A stretch of DNA of 63,315 nt, filler included, from an uncultured bacterium (GCA_964609495.1; 18 parts of 18 records of this genome joined end to end with filler, not necessarily neighbours in it), one strand, 5' to 3'; positions 12,285-23,074 are shown, counted from the whole stretch's first letter. A program made the numbers and translations. The notes: generated by a model from the sequence alone, not told the origin.

Positions 12285-13184
12285 ATGAAGAATATAGGAG
12301 TTATGCCTAATTTGAGCAAGATAGAAGCTTATGAGGCGACTAGAAAGTTGCTCCCCTGGTTGAAGGAGAGGGATTGTGGTATATACTTGAGGAGGGGGGA
12401 CGCAAATGATCTAGGATATGAGGAGTTGGGATATGAGATAGAGGAGATATTATCTCAAGCCGAACTTATAGTGGTGTTGGGTGGAGATGGAACTCTGCTC
12501 GGCATCGCTCGAATGGTAGCTCCCGCGGGGATCCCCATCTTCGGCGTGAACTTGGGAGGGTTGGGTTTCTTAGCGGAGGTCAATCTCTCCGAGCTATATT
12601 CCTATATGCCTCATCTGTTGGCTGATGATTATGAGATCGAAGAGCGAATGATGTTGAGGGCTAAAGTTATACGAGATGAGAAGCAGATAGTAGAGTCCAT
12701 CGCTCTTAACGAGGCGGTCATCACTAAAGGGGCTTTCGCTCGAATCATCTATCTTAAGACCTTCATAAACGATTTCTATGTAGCAACTTATCCCGCTGAT
12801 GGTTTGATCATAGCGACCCCTACTGGTTCTACCGCTTACTCTCTCTCCGCTGGCGGACCAGTGATCAACCCAGGAGTCGATACTATAGTGATAACTCCGA
12901 TCTGTCCCCATACCTTGTATTCTCGCTCTTTAGTTATATCGAAGCAAGATAAGGTCAAAGTGATTATAGATTCAGATCATAAAGGACCTATGCTTACTAT
13001 AGATGGTCAGGAAGCCACCGAAATATCTTCTAAGGATGTTATATATCTGGAGAAAGCACCTTATTATACTAAGTTGATAAAGATTCGCGATATGAGCTTC
13101 TATGATGTCCTCCGAACTAAATTGAAGTGGGGTGAAGAGGCTCATCGTAGAAGCAGCAATTGGAGGATGGAAAACGATAATTAG
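12285..13184 (+). CDS. nadK: NAD kinase
   Basis: GGDGT, NE, DGLIIATPTGSTAYSLSAGGP. Confidence 0.96.
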   Translation: MKNIGVMPNLSKIEAYEATRKLLPWLKERDCGIYLRRGDANDLGYEELGYEIEEILSQAELIVVLGGDGTLLGIARMVAPAGIPIFGVNLGGLGFLAEVNLSELYSYMPHLLADDYEIEERMMLRAKVIRDEKQIVESIALNEAVITKGAFARIIYLKTFINDFYVATYPADGLIIATPTGSTAYSLSAGGPVINPGVDTIVITPICPHTLYSRSLVISKQDKVKVIIDSDHKGPMLTIDGQEATEISSKDVIYLEKAPYYTKLIKIRDMSFYDVLRTKLKWGEEAHRRSSNWRMENDN

Positions 13185-13268
13185 CGATTGGAGATCAAGA
13201 GATGATCGCGGGAGTGTTATACCTCCCGATCACTATTTTCCACCTTCTAAGTATGGAGGGAAAAGGGT

Positions 13269-14996
13269 TTGTTACAGGAGATAAATATAGCTAACTTCGC
13301 TCTGATCGATAGATTGAATATAAAATTTAATCCGGGTTTGAATATCCTGACCGGAGAGACAGGAGCGGGGAAATCAATAATCGTTGATGCGGTGAATCTG
13401 GTTTTAGGCGAAAGGGCGAGCAAAGAGCATATCCGCACTGGAGCAGAGGAGACGATCTTAGAGGCTTCCTTCTCTATCTCAGGTGATGAGATCACCCTCC
13501 GCTTGCTTCGAGAGCTGGGGCTTGATAATAGGGAAGAGGAGAATACTCTGATCCTAAGCCGAGAGATAGCTAGATCAGGACGTAGTAGTTGCCGAATCAA
13601 TGGAAGATTGACCACCTTAAGCATCTTAAAGACTGTAGGACAACGCCTAGTCGATATTCACGGACAGCATGAACATCAATCTTTGCTCAAGACGGAGATG
13701 CAACTCGATCTTTTAGATAGCTTCGCGGGGGAGAGGGCGATCTCCCTTCGTTCCCAAGTCCGAGAGATGTATCTGGAATTACGAAGACTCAAACAACAGT
13801 TATCTTCCTTGCGTAAGGATGCTAGAGAGCGCGCTCGCCAAGAGGACCTACTTCGTTTCCAGTTAGAGGAGATAAACGAGGCGAAGCTAAAGCCAAATGA
13901 GGAAGAGGAGTTAGGACAAGAGCGAGAGATCTTGGCTAATGCTGAGAAGTTATACACTTTCTCCAGCAAATCTTATGATCTTCTTGGGGGCGAGATCGAG
14001 GAGAGGATCACTATCTTGGATAGCTTGGGAGAAGTGGCTTCCGACTTGGAGGAGATGGCGGAAATAGACAATAGGCTGGGTTCTCTGTTAGAGACACTAA
14101 ATTCCGCTATCTATAGCCTCGAGGATATCGCTCGTGGCTTGCGAGATTATCGAGATAAGATCGAATTTAATCCAGGAAGATTAAACGAGATAGGGGAAAG
14201 ATTGCATCTCATTAACAATTTAAAGAGGAAATATGGGAATAATATCAAGGAGATACTCGAATATAGGGATAAAGTAGCGAAGGAGTTGGATGCTCTCACT
14301 CATAATGAGGAGCTTATCGTTCAAACGGAGAAGCAGATCCAAGGACTTCAGTCGAAATTAGGGGATCTATGTTGGAAATTATATGAGGAGAGAAAGAGGG
14401 CGGCTGTCCAGTTGGAAGGAGATATACAGAGGGAATTAGCTGATCTGGGGATGGATAGGGTCGCCTTTCAAGTATCGTTTAAACATACTGAGGATGAGAG
14501 AGGTATTCCGATCTTTGATAAGAGATATAAGGTTGAGGAGATGGGGATAGATGAGGTAGAGTTCCTCCTCTCTCCTAATCCTGGAGAGGAGATGAAACCG
14601 CTGGCTAAGATCGCCTCAGGAGGGGAGATGTCCCGAATTATGTTAGCCCTAAAGTCGATTCTGGCTCAGGTAGATCAGATCCCTACTTTGATCTTCGATG
14701 AGATCGACGCGGGGATAGGAGGCACAGCCGCAGGAATAGTAGCCGATAAGCTCAAACACATCTCTCAGATGAGGCAGATTATATGCGTCTCTCACCTTCC
14801 TCAAATCGCCAGTCGAGCCGATAGCCACTATCTGATCTGGAAGGAAACCAAAGAGGGAAGAACTAGAACTATGCTGCGTCATCTGCCCTGGGAGGAAAGG
14901 GTTGAGGAGATCGCTCGGATGTTAGGGGGAGTCCCACCTAGCGAGATCACCAGACAGCACGCGGAGGAGATATTGAGTCGGGCTAAGGTGGGTTAG
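13269..14996 (+). CDS. recN: DNA repair protein RecN
   Basis: TGETGAGKS, DIHGQHEHQ, ASGGEMSR, FDEID, SHLPQIA. Confidence 0.97.
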   Translation: MLQEINIANFALIDRLNIKFNPGLNILTGETGAGKSIIVDAVNLVLGERASKEHIRTGAEETILEASFSISGDEITLRLLRELGLDNREEENTLILSREIARSGRSSCRINGRLTTLSILKTVGQRLVDIHGQHEHQSLLKTEMQLDLLDSFAGERAISLRSQVREMYLELRRLKQQLSSLRKDARERARQEDLLRFQLEEINEAKLKPNEEEELGQEREILANAEKLYTFSSKSYDLLGGEIEERITILDSLGEVASDLEEMAEIDNRLGSLLETLNSAIYSLEDIARGLRDYRDKIEFNPGRLNEIGERLHLINNLKRKYGNNIKEILEYRDKVAKELDALTHNEELIVQTEKQIQGLQSKLGDLCWKLYEERKRAAVQLEGDIQRELADLGMDRVAFQVSFKHTEDERGIPIFDKRYKVEEMGIDEVEFLLSPNPGEEMKPLAKIASGGEMSRIMLALKSILAQVDQIPTLIFDEIDAGIGGTAAGIVADKLKHISQMRQIICVSHLPQIASRADSHYLIWKETKEGRTRTMLRHLPWEERVEEIARMLGGVPPSEITRQHAEEILSRAKVG

Positions 14997-15019
14997 TCCG
15001 ACTTAAACTTGATAGATGC

Positions 15020-15048
15020 TTGACAATGAGCTTTAACTTGGATATACT
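15020..15048 (+). promoter_or_regulatory. Sigma70 promoter; downstream gene lost at contig end
   Basis: TTGACA-17-TATACT. Confidence 0.65.
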
Positions 15049-15234
15049 ATAGATGTAGCATAATNNNNNNNNNNNNNNNNNNNNNNNNNNNNNNNNNNNN
15101 NNNNNNNNTTAATTAATTAANNNNNNNNNNNNNNNNNNNNNNNNNNNNNNNNNNNNNNNNNNNNGAGGGTGTAATACAAAGTAAATTAGATCTCAGATCC
15201 CAGATTTTATATGCTTCCCAAGACCCTTTTATAC

Positions 15235-15263
15235 TTGCCAAATTAAAAAGATTTTGGTATAAT
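15235..15263 (+). promoter_or_regulatory. Sigma70 promoter
   Basis: TTGCCA-17-TATAAT with extended TG. Confidence 0.7.
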
Positions 15264-15301
15264 ACAAATAGATAGGCTTGGACAGGGAGGAGGTGGAAGA
15301 T

Positions 15302-15592
15302 ATGGCACTCTTTGGGGGAAAGAAGGGTCCAGAAGAGAAGCGCCTAACAGGAAATACAGCTATCACGATACCTAAACGAGGAACGATAAAATATGTAGTT
15401 ATAGATCCCACGGGAGAGAGAAATGTTCCACCAGTAGCTGAGTTCGTTTTAGATACCAAGGGACACCTCAAATTAACCAAGGTTAGCGCCGCTTTTCTCG
15501 TAGATGGGAAACAGGTGGAGGAAGGAGGAGAAGCTGATATATCCCGAGGTCATACAGTAATGGTAAAAGGATATTCTCATGCTGTATTATAA
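15302..15592 (+). CDS. Hypothetical small beta-rich protein (possibly degenerate FHA-like)
   Basis: Strong RBS GGAGGAGG and promoter; FLVDGKQV...ISRGHTVMV resembles the FHA C-terminal half. Confidence 0.6.
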   Translation: MALFGGKKGPEEKRLTGNTAITIPKRGTIKYVVIDPTGERNVPPVAEFVLDTKGHLKLTKVSAAFLVDGKQVEEGGEADISRGHTVMVKGYSHAVL

Positions 15593-15889
15593 GCTCTTCT
15601 CTGCCTTAATTAAGAATAAGAGGTAGGGATCTCTTTATTCACCAGTAGAATATTCGCTTTTCTCGATGTTTGAAATGAAGCTCATAAGATCGGAGAGAGC
15701 GCCGAGTTAAAGAAAGAGACAAAATTAGGTAAATGAATGTAAGCTAGATTAAGGGCAACAGTCTCATTAAATCTGGGATTGTTGTCCTTTGATTTAATTA
15801 GGACTGAGATACAATGAGAAGGATGACTAGAGAGGAACTCAGATTTCAAGCTAAGGGTAAGATATAATCTATCTCGAGAGGAAGATCTC

Positions 15890-17245
15890 ATGAGAGATCC
15901 CAAGAAATTGAATTTGACAGAGGGAAAACTATCGAAAGGGATTTGGGCTTTAGCTCTGCCAACTATGTTTGGCAACCTATTTCAGACCGCGTTTAACGTA
16001 GCTGATACGATCTTCGTGGGACGACTGGGACCAGCAGCTATCGCCGGGGTGAGTATGAGTGGCATAGTGATGATGATCTTTATGACCTTAGTAATGGGGG
16101 TATCAATAGGAACGGTCGCGATGGTTTCCCGCCTCACCGGAGCGAAGGACGAAGAGGGAACGAATAACGCGGCTATGCAATCCCTATTGATGGGAGGCAT
16201 TTTAGCTCTTATATTCTCCACTCTGGGAATAATTTTCGCCAAGGATTTCTTCGAGCTATTGGGGGCGCAGCCAGAGGTTATCGAGAAGGGAACGCGTTAT
16301 ATTCGCGTTATGTTTGGAGGAATAATAACGATGCTCTTTATGTTTATGACTGGAGCTATCCTAAGAGGAGCAGGAGATGCCCGAACTCCAATGATCATTC
16401 TAGCTGCCTCGGCGGTCTTGAATATCATCCTCGATCCGCTCCTGATCTTCGGGATCGGCTTCTTCCCCAGGTTAGGGGTAAGTGGAGCCGCTTACGCTAC
16501 TGTCTTCTCCAGAGGAATGGGAGGACTAGCCTCCCTGTATATCCTGATAAAGGGATATTCGTTAGTGCATGTTTCCATACGTAAATTAAAGCTGGATTTC
16601 TCTATGATGTGGAGGATCATAAGAATAGCCATTCCAGGCTCGATCGCTGCTGGTATGAGAAGTGTATCCTCTTTAATCCTGATGCGCATTATCGCTAGTT
16701 ATGGAACTGCAGTAGTAGCCGCCTTTGGAGTTGGTATGAGAATCGAAATGGTCATTATGATGCCTGGCTTCGGATTAGCCGCAGCCGCCGCTACTTTAGT
16801 CGGACAGAACTTAGGAGCCAATAAGCCCGATCGAGCCGAAAAGAGCGGATGGTTAGCAACTGCCTATTATATTCTGATTGTGCTTGTAGTTGATATTCTG
16901 CTCGTCATCATCGCCCCTCAGATAATCGGGATCTTCAGCAAAAACGCGGATGTAATCAGAGTAGGCGCTCTATATGTCAGGGTGATGTCGGTAGGCTATA
17001 TCTTTCTTGCCTCAGGGATAATCCTTTCCCAAGCGTTAAACGGAGCAGGGGATACGCTCTCACCAACTATTATCTCTGGGGTAGTGCTTTTCCTGATTCA
17101 AATTCCAGCCGCTTTAACCATTCCCAAGATCGGTAACCTAGGAGTTATGGGATTGTGGATGTCCATGTCTCTCTCCGTTATGATATATGGTATAATTACC
17201 GCCTCTTGGTTCAAGGTTGGAAAGTGGAAATATAAGAAGGTCTAG
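15890..17245 (+). CDS. MATE family efflux transporter
   Basis: About 12 TM, LRGAGDARTP, LDPLLIFG, GQNLGA. Confidence 0.95.
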   Translation: MRDPKKLNLTEGKLSKGIWALALPTMFGNLFQTAFNVADTIFVGRLGPAAIAGVSMSGIVMMIFMTLVMGVSIGTVAMVSRLTGAKDEEGTNNAAMQSLLMGGILALIFSTLGIIFAKDFFELLGAQPEVIEKGTRYIRVMFGGIITMLFMFMTGAILRGAGDARTPMIILAASAVLNIILDPLLIFGIGFFPRLGVSGAAYATVFSRGMGGLASLYILIKGYSLVHVSIRKLKLDFSMMWRIIRIAIPGSIAAGMRSVSSLILMRIIASYGTAVVAAFGVGMRIEMVIMMPGFGLAAAAATLVGQNLGANKPDRAEKSGWLATAYYILIVLVVDILLVIIAPQIIGIFSKNADVIRVGALYVRVMSVGYIFLASGIILSQALNGAGDTLSPTIISGVVLFLIQIPAALTIPKIGNLGVMGLWMSMSLSVMIYGIITASWFKVGKWKYKKV

Positions 17246-17457
17246 AGTTTTATGCGAGATAAAGTCCTGAAGGGAAAGCTTGACTTATCGCCAGATATTA
17301 TAAGGAGATAAGAGATAGATATATAGGCAGAAGGGGAAGAAATTATCCAATCACCGCCTATTCCAGACATAATATCTGGGAGGAGGGATTCCAAAGCGCG
17401 TTTGAAGTGGAGACATTTAAGTATCTCAATAATAAGGGATTTAGATAGGAGAGAACT

Positions 17458-18540
17458 ATGAAAGTATCTTTTAGAGAGGAATTAGATAAGAGAGCCAAAC
17501 TGGTTCAAGATTATCTACAGCAAGATGAATATCACCGGAGGTTTGTCCTTCCGCATCAACACGATTCTGTATATAGCTATGTAAACTCGGGAGGGAAATG
17601 TCTCCGTCCCGCGGTTCTGCTCTTCTCCTGTGGAGCGGTAGGAGGAGATGAGGACAAAGCCTTGCCTGCGGCGGTGGGGATAGAGGTGTTTCATACCTGG
17701 ACCCTGGTCCATGATGATATAATAGATAGGGATGACAAAAGACGAGGAAACGCTTCAGTTCACGCTGAATTCTCTCGGAGGGTTAAGGATGAGTTTGGAT
17801 ATGAGGCGGGAGAAGCCCAACATTATGGCCTCTCTATCGCGATATTAGCTGGTGATATCCAGCACGGCTGGGCTTTATCCCTCTTCTGTGAACTATACCG
17901 TAAAAAGCACATCAATCCAGATACTGTTCTCTATCTGATCAGCGAGCTTGACAACAAAGTCCTGAATACCATAGTCGAAGGGGAGATATTGGATATTCAA
18001 TATTCAAAATTCCCCCTGGGAGCTTTAGATGAGAAGATCATCACCGATATGCTCTGGAAGAAGACCGGAGCTTTATATGAATTTGCAGGAAGGGCTGGAA
18101 CTATGATCGGACTAGAGGTGAGCGATCCCGCTCACGAATTAGTCCGGGCGATATCTCAACTCGTGAGTAATTGCGGAACAGCTTTCCAGCTTCAAGATGA
18201 TATCCTGGGTCTCATTGGCGACGAGAAGATGCTGGGAAAACCGGTAGGCTCCGATATCAAAGAGGGGAAGATGACGACTATAGTCCACTACTCCTTCTCT
18301 CAAGCTGATGAAGAGCAGAGAGAAAGTATCACCAAAGTCCTAGGTAATAAATCCACAACTCCTGAAGAGATAGAGAGGGCTACTTCCCTAATTAAGGATT
18401 TGGGTGGTGTAGAACATACTAAAAAATTAGCCCGTTCTTATATCGAGAAGGCATTAAGCTACTTAGAGCTGATACCCGAATCGAAGTATAAAGATCTACT
18501 GCATCAATGGGCTGATTTTATGATCAGCAGGGAATTTTGA
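17458..18540 (+). CDS. Short-chain polyprenyl (GGPP-type) synthase
   Basis: GGKCLRP, FARM HDDIIDRD, KTG, SARM FQLQDD. Confidence 0.93.
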   Translation: MKVSFREELDKRAKLVQDYLQQDEYHRRFVLPHQHDSVYSYVNSGGKCLRPAVLLFSCGAVGGDEDKALPAAVGIEVFHTWTLVHDDIIDRDDKRRGNASVHAEFSRRVKDEFGYEAGEAQHYGLSIAILAGDIQHGWALSLFCELYRKKHINPDTVLYLISELDNKVLNTIVEGEILDIQYSKFPLGALDEKIITDMLWKKTGALYEFAGRAGTMIGLEVSDPAHELVRAISQLVSNCGTAFQLQDDILGLIGDEKMLGKPVGSDIKEGKMTTIVHYSFSQADEEQRESITKVLGNKSTTPEEIERATSLIKDLGGVEHTKKLARSYIEKALSYLELIPESKYKDLLHQWADFMISREF

Positions 18541-18595
18541 GGATATGATCTCACCCAAATATCGTTCCTCTCAAGAAATCCTCTCTCTCTACTAT

Positions 18596-18637
18596 GTTCC
18601 CTCTCCCCTCGTGGGAGAGGGTTAGGGTGAGGGGGAA
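18596..18637 (+). repeat. REP-like repeat family A
   Basis: CCCTCTCCC-ctcgt-GGGAGAGGG hairpin followed by ttAGGGTGAGGGGG. Confidence 0.9.
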
Positions 18638-18737
18638 GTAAATTTGAATTCAGATTGATATACAGAGCGGGTGCCTAATGCATCTGCTCTTCTTGTAACT
18701 AATAGTAATTCTTAGTTTTTGCGCTTCCAATTTTGAT

Positions 18738-18766
18738 TTGCGAAAAATCGAGTAATATAGTATAAT
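18738..18766 (+). promoter_or_regulatory. Sigma70 promoter at contig end
   Basis: TTGCGA-17-TATAAT. Confidence 0.55.
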
Positions 18767-18914
18767 AAATAAGGTANNNNNNNNNNNNNNNNNNNNNNNN
18801 NNNNNNNNNNNNNNNNNNNNTTAATTAATTAANNNNNNNNNNNNNNNNNNNNNNNNNNNNNNNNNNNNNNNNNNNNGATATAGTGCTAAGAATTGTCTTA
18901 AGCTCTATCTTGAT

Positions 18915-18956
18915 GTTCCTTCTCCCCTCGTGGGAGAGGGTCAGGGGGAGGGGGGA
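18915..18956 (+). repeat. REP-like repeat family A
   Basis: TCTCCCCTCGTGGGAGAGGGtcAGGGGGAGGGGGG. Confidence 0.9.
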
Positions 18957-19037
18957 TTTATATCTTGACTTCTTAGTAAAAATCTACTAGCACGAAATTT
19001 TACATACTTCCAAGGAGTGAGGAAGGGGTGAAAAAGA

Positions 19038-19066
19038 TTGACAAAATGGGGAATATATGTTAGAAT
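19038..19066 (+). promoter_or_regulatory. rnpB promoter
   Basis: TTGACA-17-TAGAAT with extended TG, 7 nt before the RNA. Confidence 0.85.
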
Positions 19067-19073
19067 CAAATTG

Positions 19074-19556
19074 ATCCACGAGTAGGCTGGGTGATCGCGA
19101 AGGCGCTTTGCCTTTGAGGAAAGTCCGAGCTCCATAGGGCAGGATGCTGGATAACATCCAGGAGGGGCGATCCTACGGAATAGTGCAACAGAGAGCAGAC
19201 CGCCAAGATTTAGGAGGAAGTAGTTGGTAGCGATACCAATCGCTTGATCTTCTAAATCTCGGTAAGGGTGAAACGGTAGTGTAAGAGACTACCAGTAGCC
19301 CTGGTGACAGGGTTAGCTGGGCAAACCCCATTCGGAGCAAGATCAAATAGGGGAGGAGAGGCGGCCCGTCTCGCTGAGGGGGAAATCCCCTCTCTATTAC
19401 TCCCGGGTTGATCGCTTGAGGTGGAGAGTAATCTTCATCCTAGATAGATGATCACCACTCTCTTCAAGGGAAGTGAGGGAGGGGGGAGTGATTCTCGCCG
19501 TTTTACTTCAGCTCTTGAGGGGGAACAGAACTCGGCTTATAGGCTTACTCGTGGAT
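19074..19556 (+). ncRNA. rnpB: RNase P RNA, class A
   Basis: GAGGAAAGTCC, AGTGCAACAGA, GGGTGAAACGG, GGCAAACCCC, AACAGAACTCGGCTTA; P1 ATCCACGAGTAGGC pairs with GCTTACTCGTGGAT. Confidence 0.97.
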
Positions 19557-19620
19557 ACCTCTTTTTGTTCGGAAGATAGAAAAGGGAAGACAAAGTAAGC
19601 AAGCTATATCCATCAGCAAT

Positions 19621-20634
19621 CTAAGTATCATATATTGAGGCTTGAGCTTGACATACAGTTATAGCTATAACTCCAACGATATCCTCCGCAGAACAGCCTC
19701 GTGAGAGATCGTTCACGGGCTTGGCTAATCCCTGGACTATAGGGCCATAAGCTTCAGCTTTAGCTAGACACTGAACCAACTTATAGCAGAGGTTTCCTGC
19801 ATCTAAGTTGGGGAAGATCAGGACATTAGCTTTTCCTGCTACGGGACTACCTGGGGCCTTACGTGCTGCTACTGAGGACATTAATGCGGCATCTCCCTGA
19901 AGCTCTCCGTCCACCACTAAATCTGGCTTCTTCTCCTTAATTAACCGAGTAGCCTCTTTCATCTTATCTACTAGGGGATGATCAGCGCTTCCTTTGGTGG
20001 AGAAAGACATCATCGCCACCTTCGGATCCATATCCGCTGAGACTCTGGCGCTCACCGCCGAGGTGATCGCTATATCTGCCAACTCCTCTGGATTTGGATC
20101 GGGGTTGAGGCCGGAATCTGCGAAGATAAATGCTCCGTTGGTGCCATAAGGACAATCGGAAACAATAATCAGGAAGAAGCTGGAGACAGTCTTAACACCC
20201 TTTGCTCCTTTTATAAGCTGGAGGGGGGGTCTTAACACGTCGCTTGTAGTGGTTACCGATCCTGCTACCTCTCCATCAGCATCTCCTAATTTAACCATCA
20301 TAGTCGCATAATAAAGGGGATTAAGGACTAATTCACGCGCCTGCTCCTTAGTCACCCCTTTGTGTTTACGAAGTTCGTATAAAGCGTTAGTATACTCCTC
20401 TATCTTATCAGAAGTCTTGGGATTGATTATCCTCACTCCTGTCAAATCTATCTTCTCTTGCCTGGCTATTTCTTTTATCCTATCTTCATCTCCTAAGAGT
20501 ATAAGTTCCTTGACTATCTTCTCCCTAGTAGCTAGCTCCGCTGCCTTTATAACCCTCTTCTCCTCGCCTTCTGGAAAAACAATAACTTTAGGATTTGCTT
20601 TAGCTTTCTCTTTGATTCGATCCATTAGATGCAT
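19621..20634 (-). CDS. pta: Phosphate acetyltransferase
   Basis: VFPEGE, SFSTKGS, DGELQGDAA, FPNLDAGN, NDLSRGC. Confidence 0.96.
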   Translation of the reverse strand: MHLMDRIKEKAKANPKVIVFPEGEEKRVIKAAELATREKIVKELILLGDEDRIKEIARQEKIDLTGVRIINPKTSDKIEEYTNALYELRKHKGVTKEQARELVLNPLYYATMMVKLGDADGEVAGSVTTTSDVLRPPLQLIKGAKGVKTVSSFFLIIVSDCPYGTNGAFIFADSGLNPDPNPEELADIAITSAVSARVSADMDPKVAMMSFSTKGSADHPLVDKMKEATRLIKEKKPDLVVDGELQGDAALMSSVAARKAPGSPVAGKANVLIFPNLDAGNLCYKLVQCLAKAEAYGPIVQGLAKPVNDLSRGCSAEDIVGVIAITVCQAQASIYDT

Positions 20635-20726
20635 ATATATTTCCTCCTCTCTTTATAGACAGGCCATCTATCATATGTATTCTGATAGAGGCTTCTAGTA
20701 GTCAGCACAATTCGTGAAGTAATTCT

Positions 20727-21029
20727 TTAGGAGTTCTCAAGCTTCTCCTTATCCTCAGATTCCTTCTCATCTTTATGAATTAATTCTCCCTTTTCGCCAT
20801 ATACATTGTGAGCTTCCTCTCCATCCATATCAATCACCTTATACTGTTTTCTCCTATCATCCTCTATTTCAGACATAAACTGATCTTGTATATCTCTGGA
20901 GGCCTTCTTAAACTCACGGATAGCTTTGCCGATCGTTTTCCCTATCTCTGGTAACCTTCTGGGACCAAATACGAGCAGAGCTACCACCAAGATGACTATT
21001 AACTCAGGAATACCGATAGAACCAAACAT
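20727..21029 (-). CDS. tatA: Twin-arginine translocase TatA/B subunit
   Basis: [26 protein letters not shown]. Confidence 0.92.
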   Translation of the reverse strand: MFGSIGIPELIVILVVALLVFGPRRLPEIGKTIGKAIREFKKASRDIQDQFMSEIEDDRRKQYKVIDMDGEEAHNVYGEKGELIHKDEKESEDKEKLENS

Positions 21030-21033
21030 ATCT

Positions 21034-21942
21034 TTATCTATCTCCTTGAGGCAACATTACCTTTAGCTTCTGAGGAAAGATCTTAACTTTATAGATCTCT
21101 CCTTTTATGATCTCTCCATCTATATGGGCAACTGCCGATTTATTTAGGCTTATTTTTATCTCCTTGATCTTATACAAGCTAACTTGAGGAAGTGAGAGAT
21201 GTTCTCCTCTCATCAACTTAGATATATTGAAAAGGCTTTGAAATCTGCTCATTCTTTCTACCAAACAAACATCCAGGAGGCCATCATCCACTTCAGCAGA
21301 AGGTGTGATCTTGAATCCACCTCCATATACCTTTCCGTTGGTAATAGCGATAAGTAGAATATCAGTATCTATAATCATATCGTTCATTTCTATCTTCATT
21401 CGTGGGCAACCGAATTTGAATAGCAGCACCTTGATAGCCGAGTATAAATATATGCTGAATCCCTTTAACAATTTCGTATTTTTGCTGACTTTATTCGCTT
21501 CCTCAGTTATTGTAGCATCCATGCCTATTCCTATACCATTAACGAAATATCTATCATCGACCTTGCCAATATCTATAGTTCCTACTCGTCCCTCGGACAG
21601 TATCGAGCAAGCTTTCTCTATATCTGCTGGAATCCCTAATGATTTACATAAATCATTGCCAGAACCCACGGGAACGATCCCCAGAGCGGCTTTTGAGATA
21701 TCCTCCTGAGCCATACCATTCACTATCTCATTAACTGTTCCATCTCCTCCCACAGATATGAGAAGGTTGAAGCCATCCTTTACTGCATTTCTAGCGATAT
21801 CCATAGCCTCCATAGGTTTGCTAGTCGTCTCCAGATCAAAGTCCTTGATATTTGACATTAAAGCTCTTCTTATCCTATATATGATATCCCTTACCTTTCC
21901 TCTATCCGCGGCAGGATTTATTATCGCTTTTGCTTTCAGTAT
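21034..21942 (-). CDS. Diacylglycerol/lipid kinase, YegS/DAGK family
   Basis: [20 protein letters not shown]; the N-terminal IINPAA motif lies upstream of the called ATG, implying an ATA/CTG start. Confidence 0.9.
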   Translation of the reverse strand: MLKAKAIINPAADRGKVRDIIYRIRRALMSNIKDFDLETTSKPMEAMDIARNAVKDGFNLLISVGGDGTVNEIVNGMAQEDISKAALGIVPVGSGNDLCKSLGIPADIEKACSILSEGRVGTIDIGKVDDRYFVNGIGIGMDATITEEANKVSKNTKLLKGFSIYLYSAIKVLLFKFGCPRMKIEMNDMIIDTDILLIAITNGKVYGGGFKITPSAEVDDGLLDVCLVERMSRFQSLFNISKLMRGEHLSLPQVSLYKIKEIKISLNKSAVAHIDGEIIKGEIYKVKIFPQKLKVMLPQGDR

Positions 21943-22333
21943 CTATCAACCTCCCGATATCTGGAATATAGGCTAAATGACTTTCACATTTACAGTCGGT
22001 AGAACCGAATTTTGGGACTATTACCTCTCCTTCTAGGAAATAAAAGATGGATTGATTGAGCGCACACTCTAGTTTCTTCCGTTCAGTGTGAAGAGTAATT
22101 ATATGGACTACCTGAGCGTATTCGAGTAGATAATCTATATGCCAATGAAGTTTCTTATTATCAGACAGATGTCTTTTAATTCGCGCCTCTAAGTTATTCA
22201 AAGCACTACCGGTATATATATAATACCCTCTGTCGAAGCGATATGTGCCTAGTTCCCCTATCTTTATATCTTCAGTCTCGGGAAGATATATGATCAGAGA
22301 ATAGAGACCTTTATTGCTTCTTTCAGTATCCAT
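21902..22333 (-). CDS. GIY-YIG nuclease, DUF123 type
   Basis: GYYIYTGSA, RIKRH, HWHIDYLL, FGSTDCKCESHL. Confidence 0.9.
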   Translation of the reverse strand: MDTERSNKGLYSLIIYLPETEDIKIGELGTYRFDRGYYIYTGSALNNLEARIKRHLSDNKKLHWHIDYLLEYAQVVHIITLHTERKKLECALNQSIFYFLEGEVIVPKFGSTDCKCESHLAYIPDIGRLIDTESKSDNKSCRG

Positions 22334-22441
22334 TCGGAGCGTCCAGTCCCTTAACTCGGTATGAGCTTCGATCGTTTATCGCGCTTTTACTAAATCCTGT
22401 CATCGGTCCAAAGCTTCGATGATCTTCTGCATCCAATAGTA

Positions 22442-22470
22442 ATTATAACAATATTTTCCATTTATGTCAA
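22442..22470 (-). promoter_or_regulatory. Sigma70 promoter of the DUF123-DAGK-tatA-pta run
   Basis: TTGACA-17-TATAAT with extended TG. Confidence 0.75.
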
Positions 22471-22584
22471 TAGTTTCGTGTATGNNNNNNNNNNNNNNNN
22501 NNNNNNNNNNNNNNNNNNNNNNNNNNNNTTAATTAATTAANNNNNNNNNNNNNNNNNNNNNNNNNNNNNNNNNNNNNNNNNNNN

Positions 22585-23074
22585 TGTTTTAAATTTTGTG
22601 GAGAGGCCTGAGCTTACTCAAAGATATGTTGAATTCAAGGATATAGCAAATGGGCTCTTATCCTTAGTGGATAACATAGCTATCGACAAAAAAGTTGATA
22701 TAGTGGTCAATATAGCAGACGATCTTCCACCCCTTTTTGTTGATGTCGATCAGCTCAAGGGAGCTTTTTTAAATATAATATATAATGCTTTTGAAGCGAT
22801 GCCCGAGGGAGGAAGACTTGAGATCAAAGCAGATCGATGCGATTATGGAATGGAGATAAGATTGATTAATACCGGGGAACCTATTCCCAGGGATATCCAA
22901 TATCAGATATTTGCTCCCTTCTTCACCACTAAGGTGAGGGGGACCGGTTTAGGACTAGCCGTTACTCGTCGTATTATAAGAGAGCATAAGGGAATTATTG
23001 AATTGGAGAGTACCGAGGGAGAGACTACGTTTATAATTAAGTTGCCCGGGGCAAATGGATCTGATCCTGAATAG
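22585..23074 (+). CDS. Histidine kinase HATPase domain, 5' truncated
   Basis: N, F (PFFTTK) and G2 (GTGLGL) boxes. Confidence 0.9.

Noticed and set aside
13185-13260. Hairpin between nadK and recN as a riboswitch or argR remnant
   Set aside because: A single short stem with no recognisable aptamer or coding remnant.
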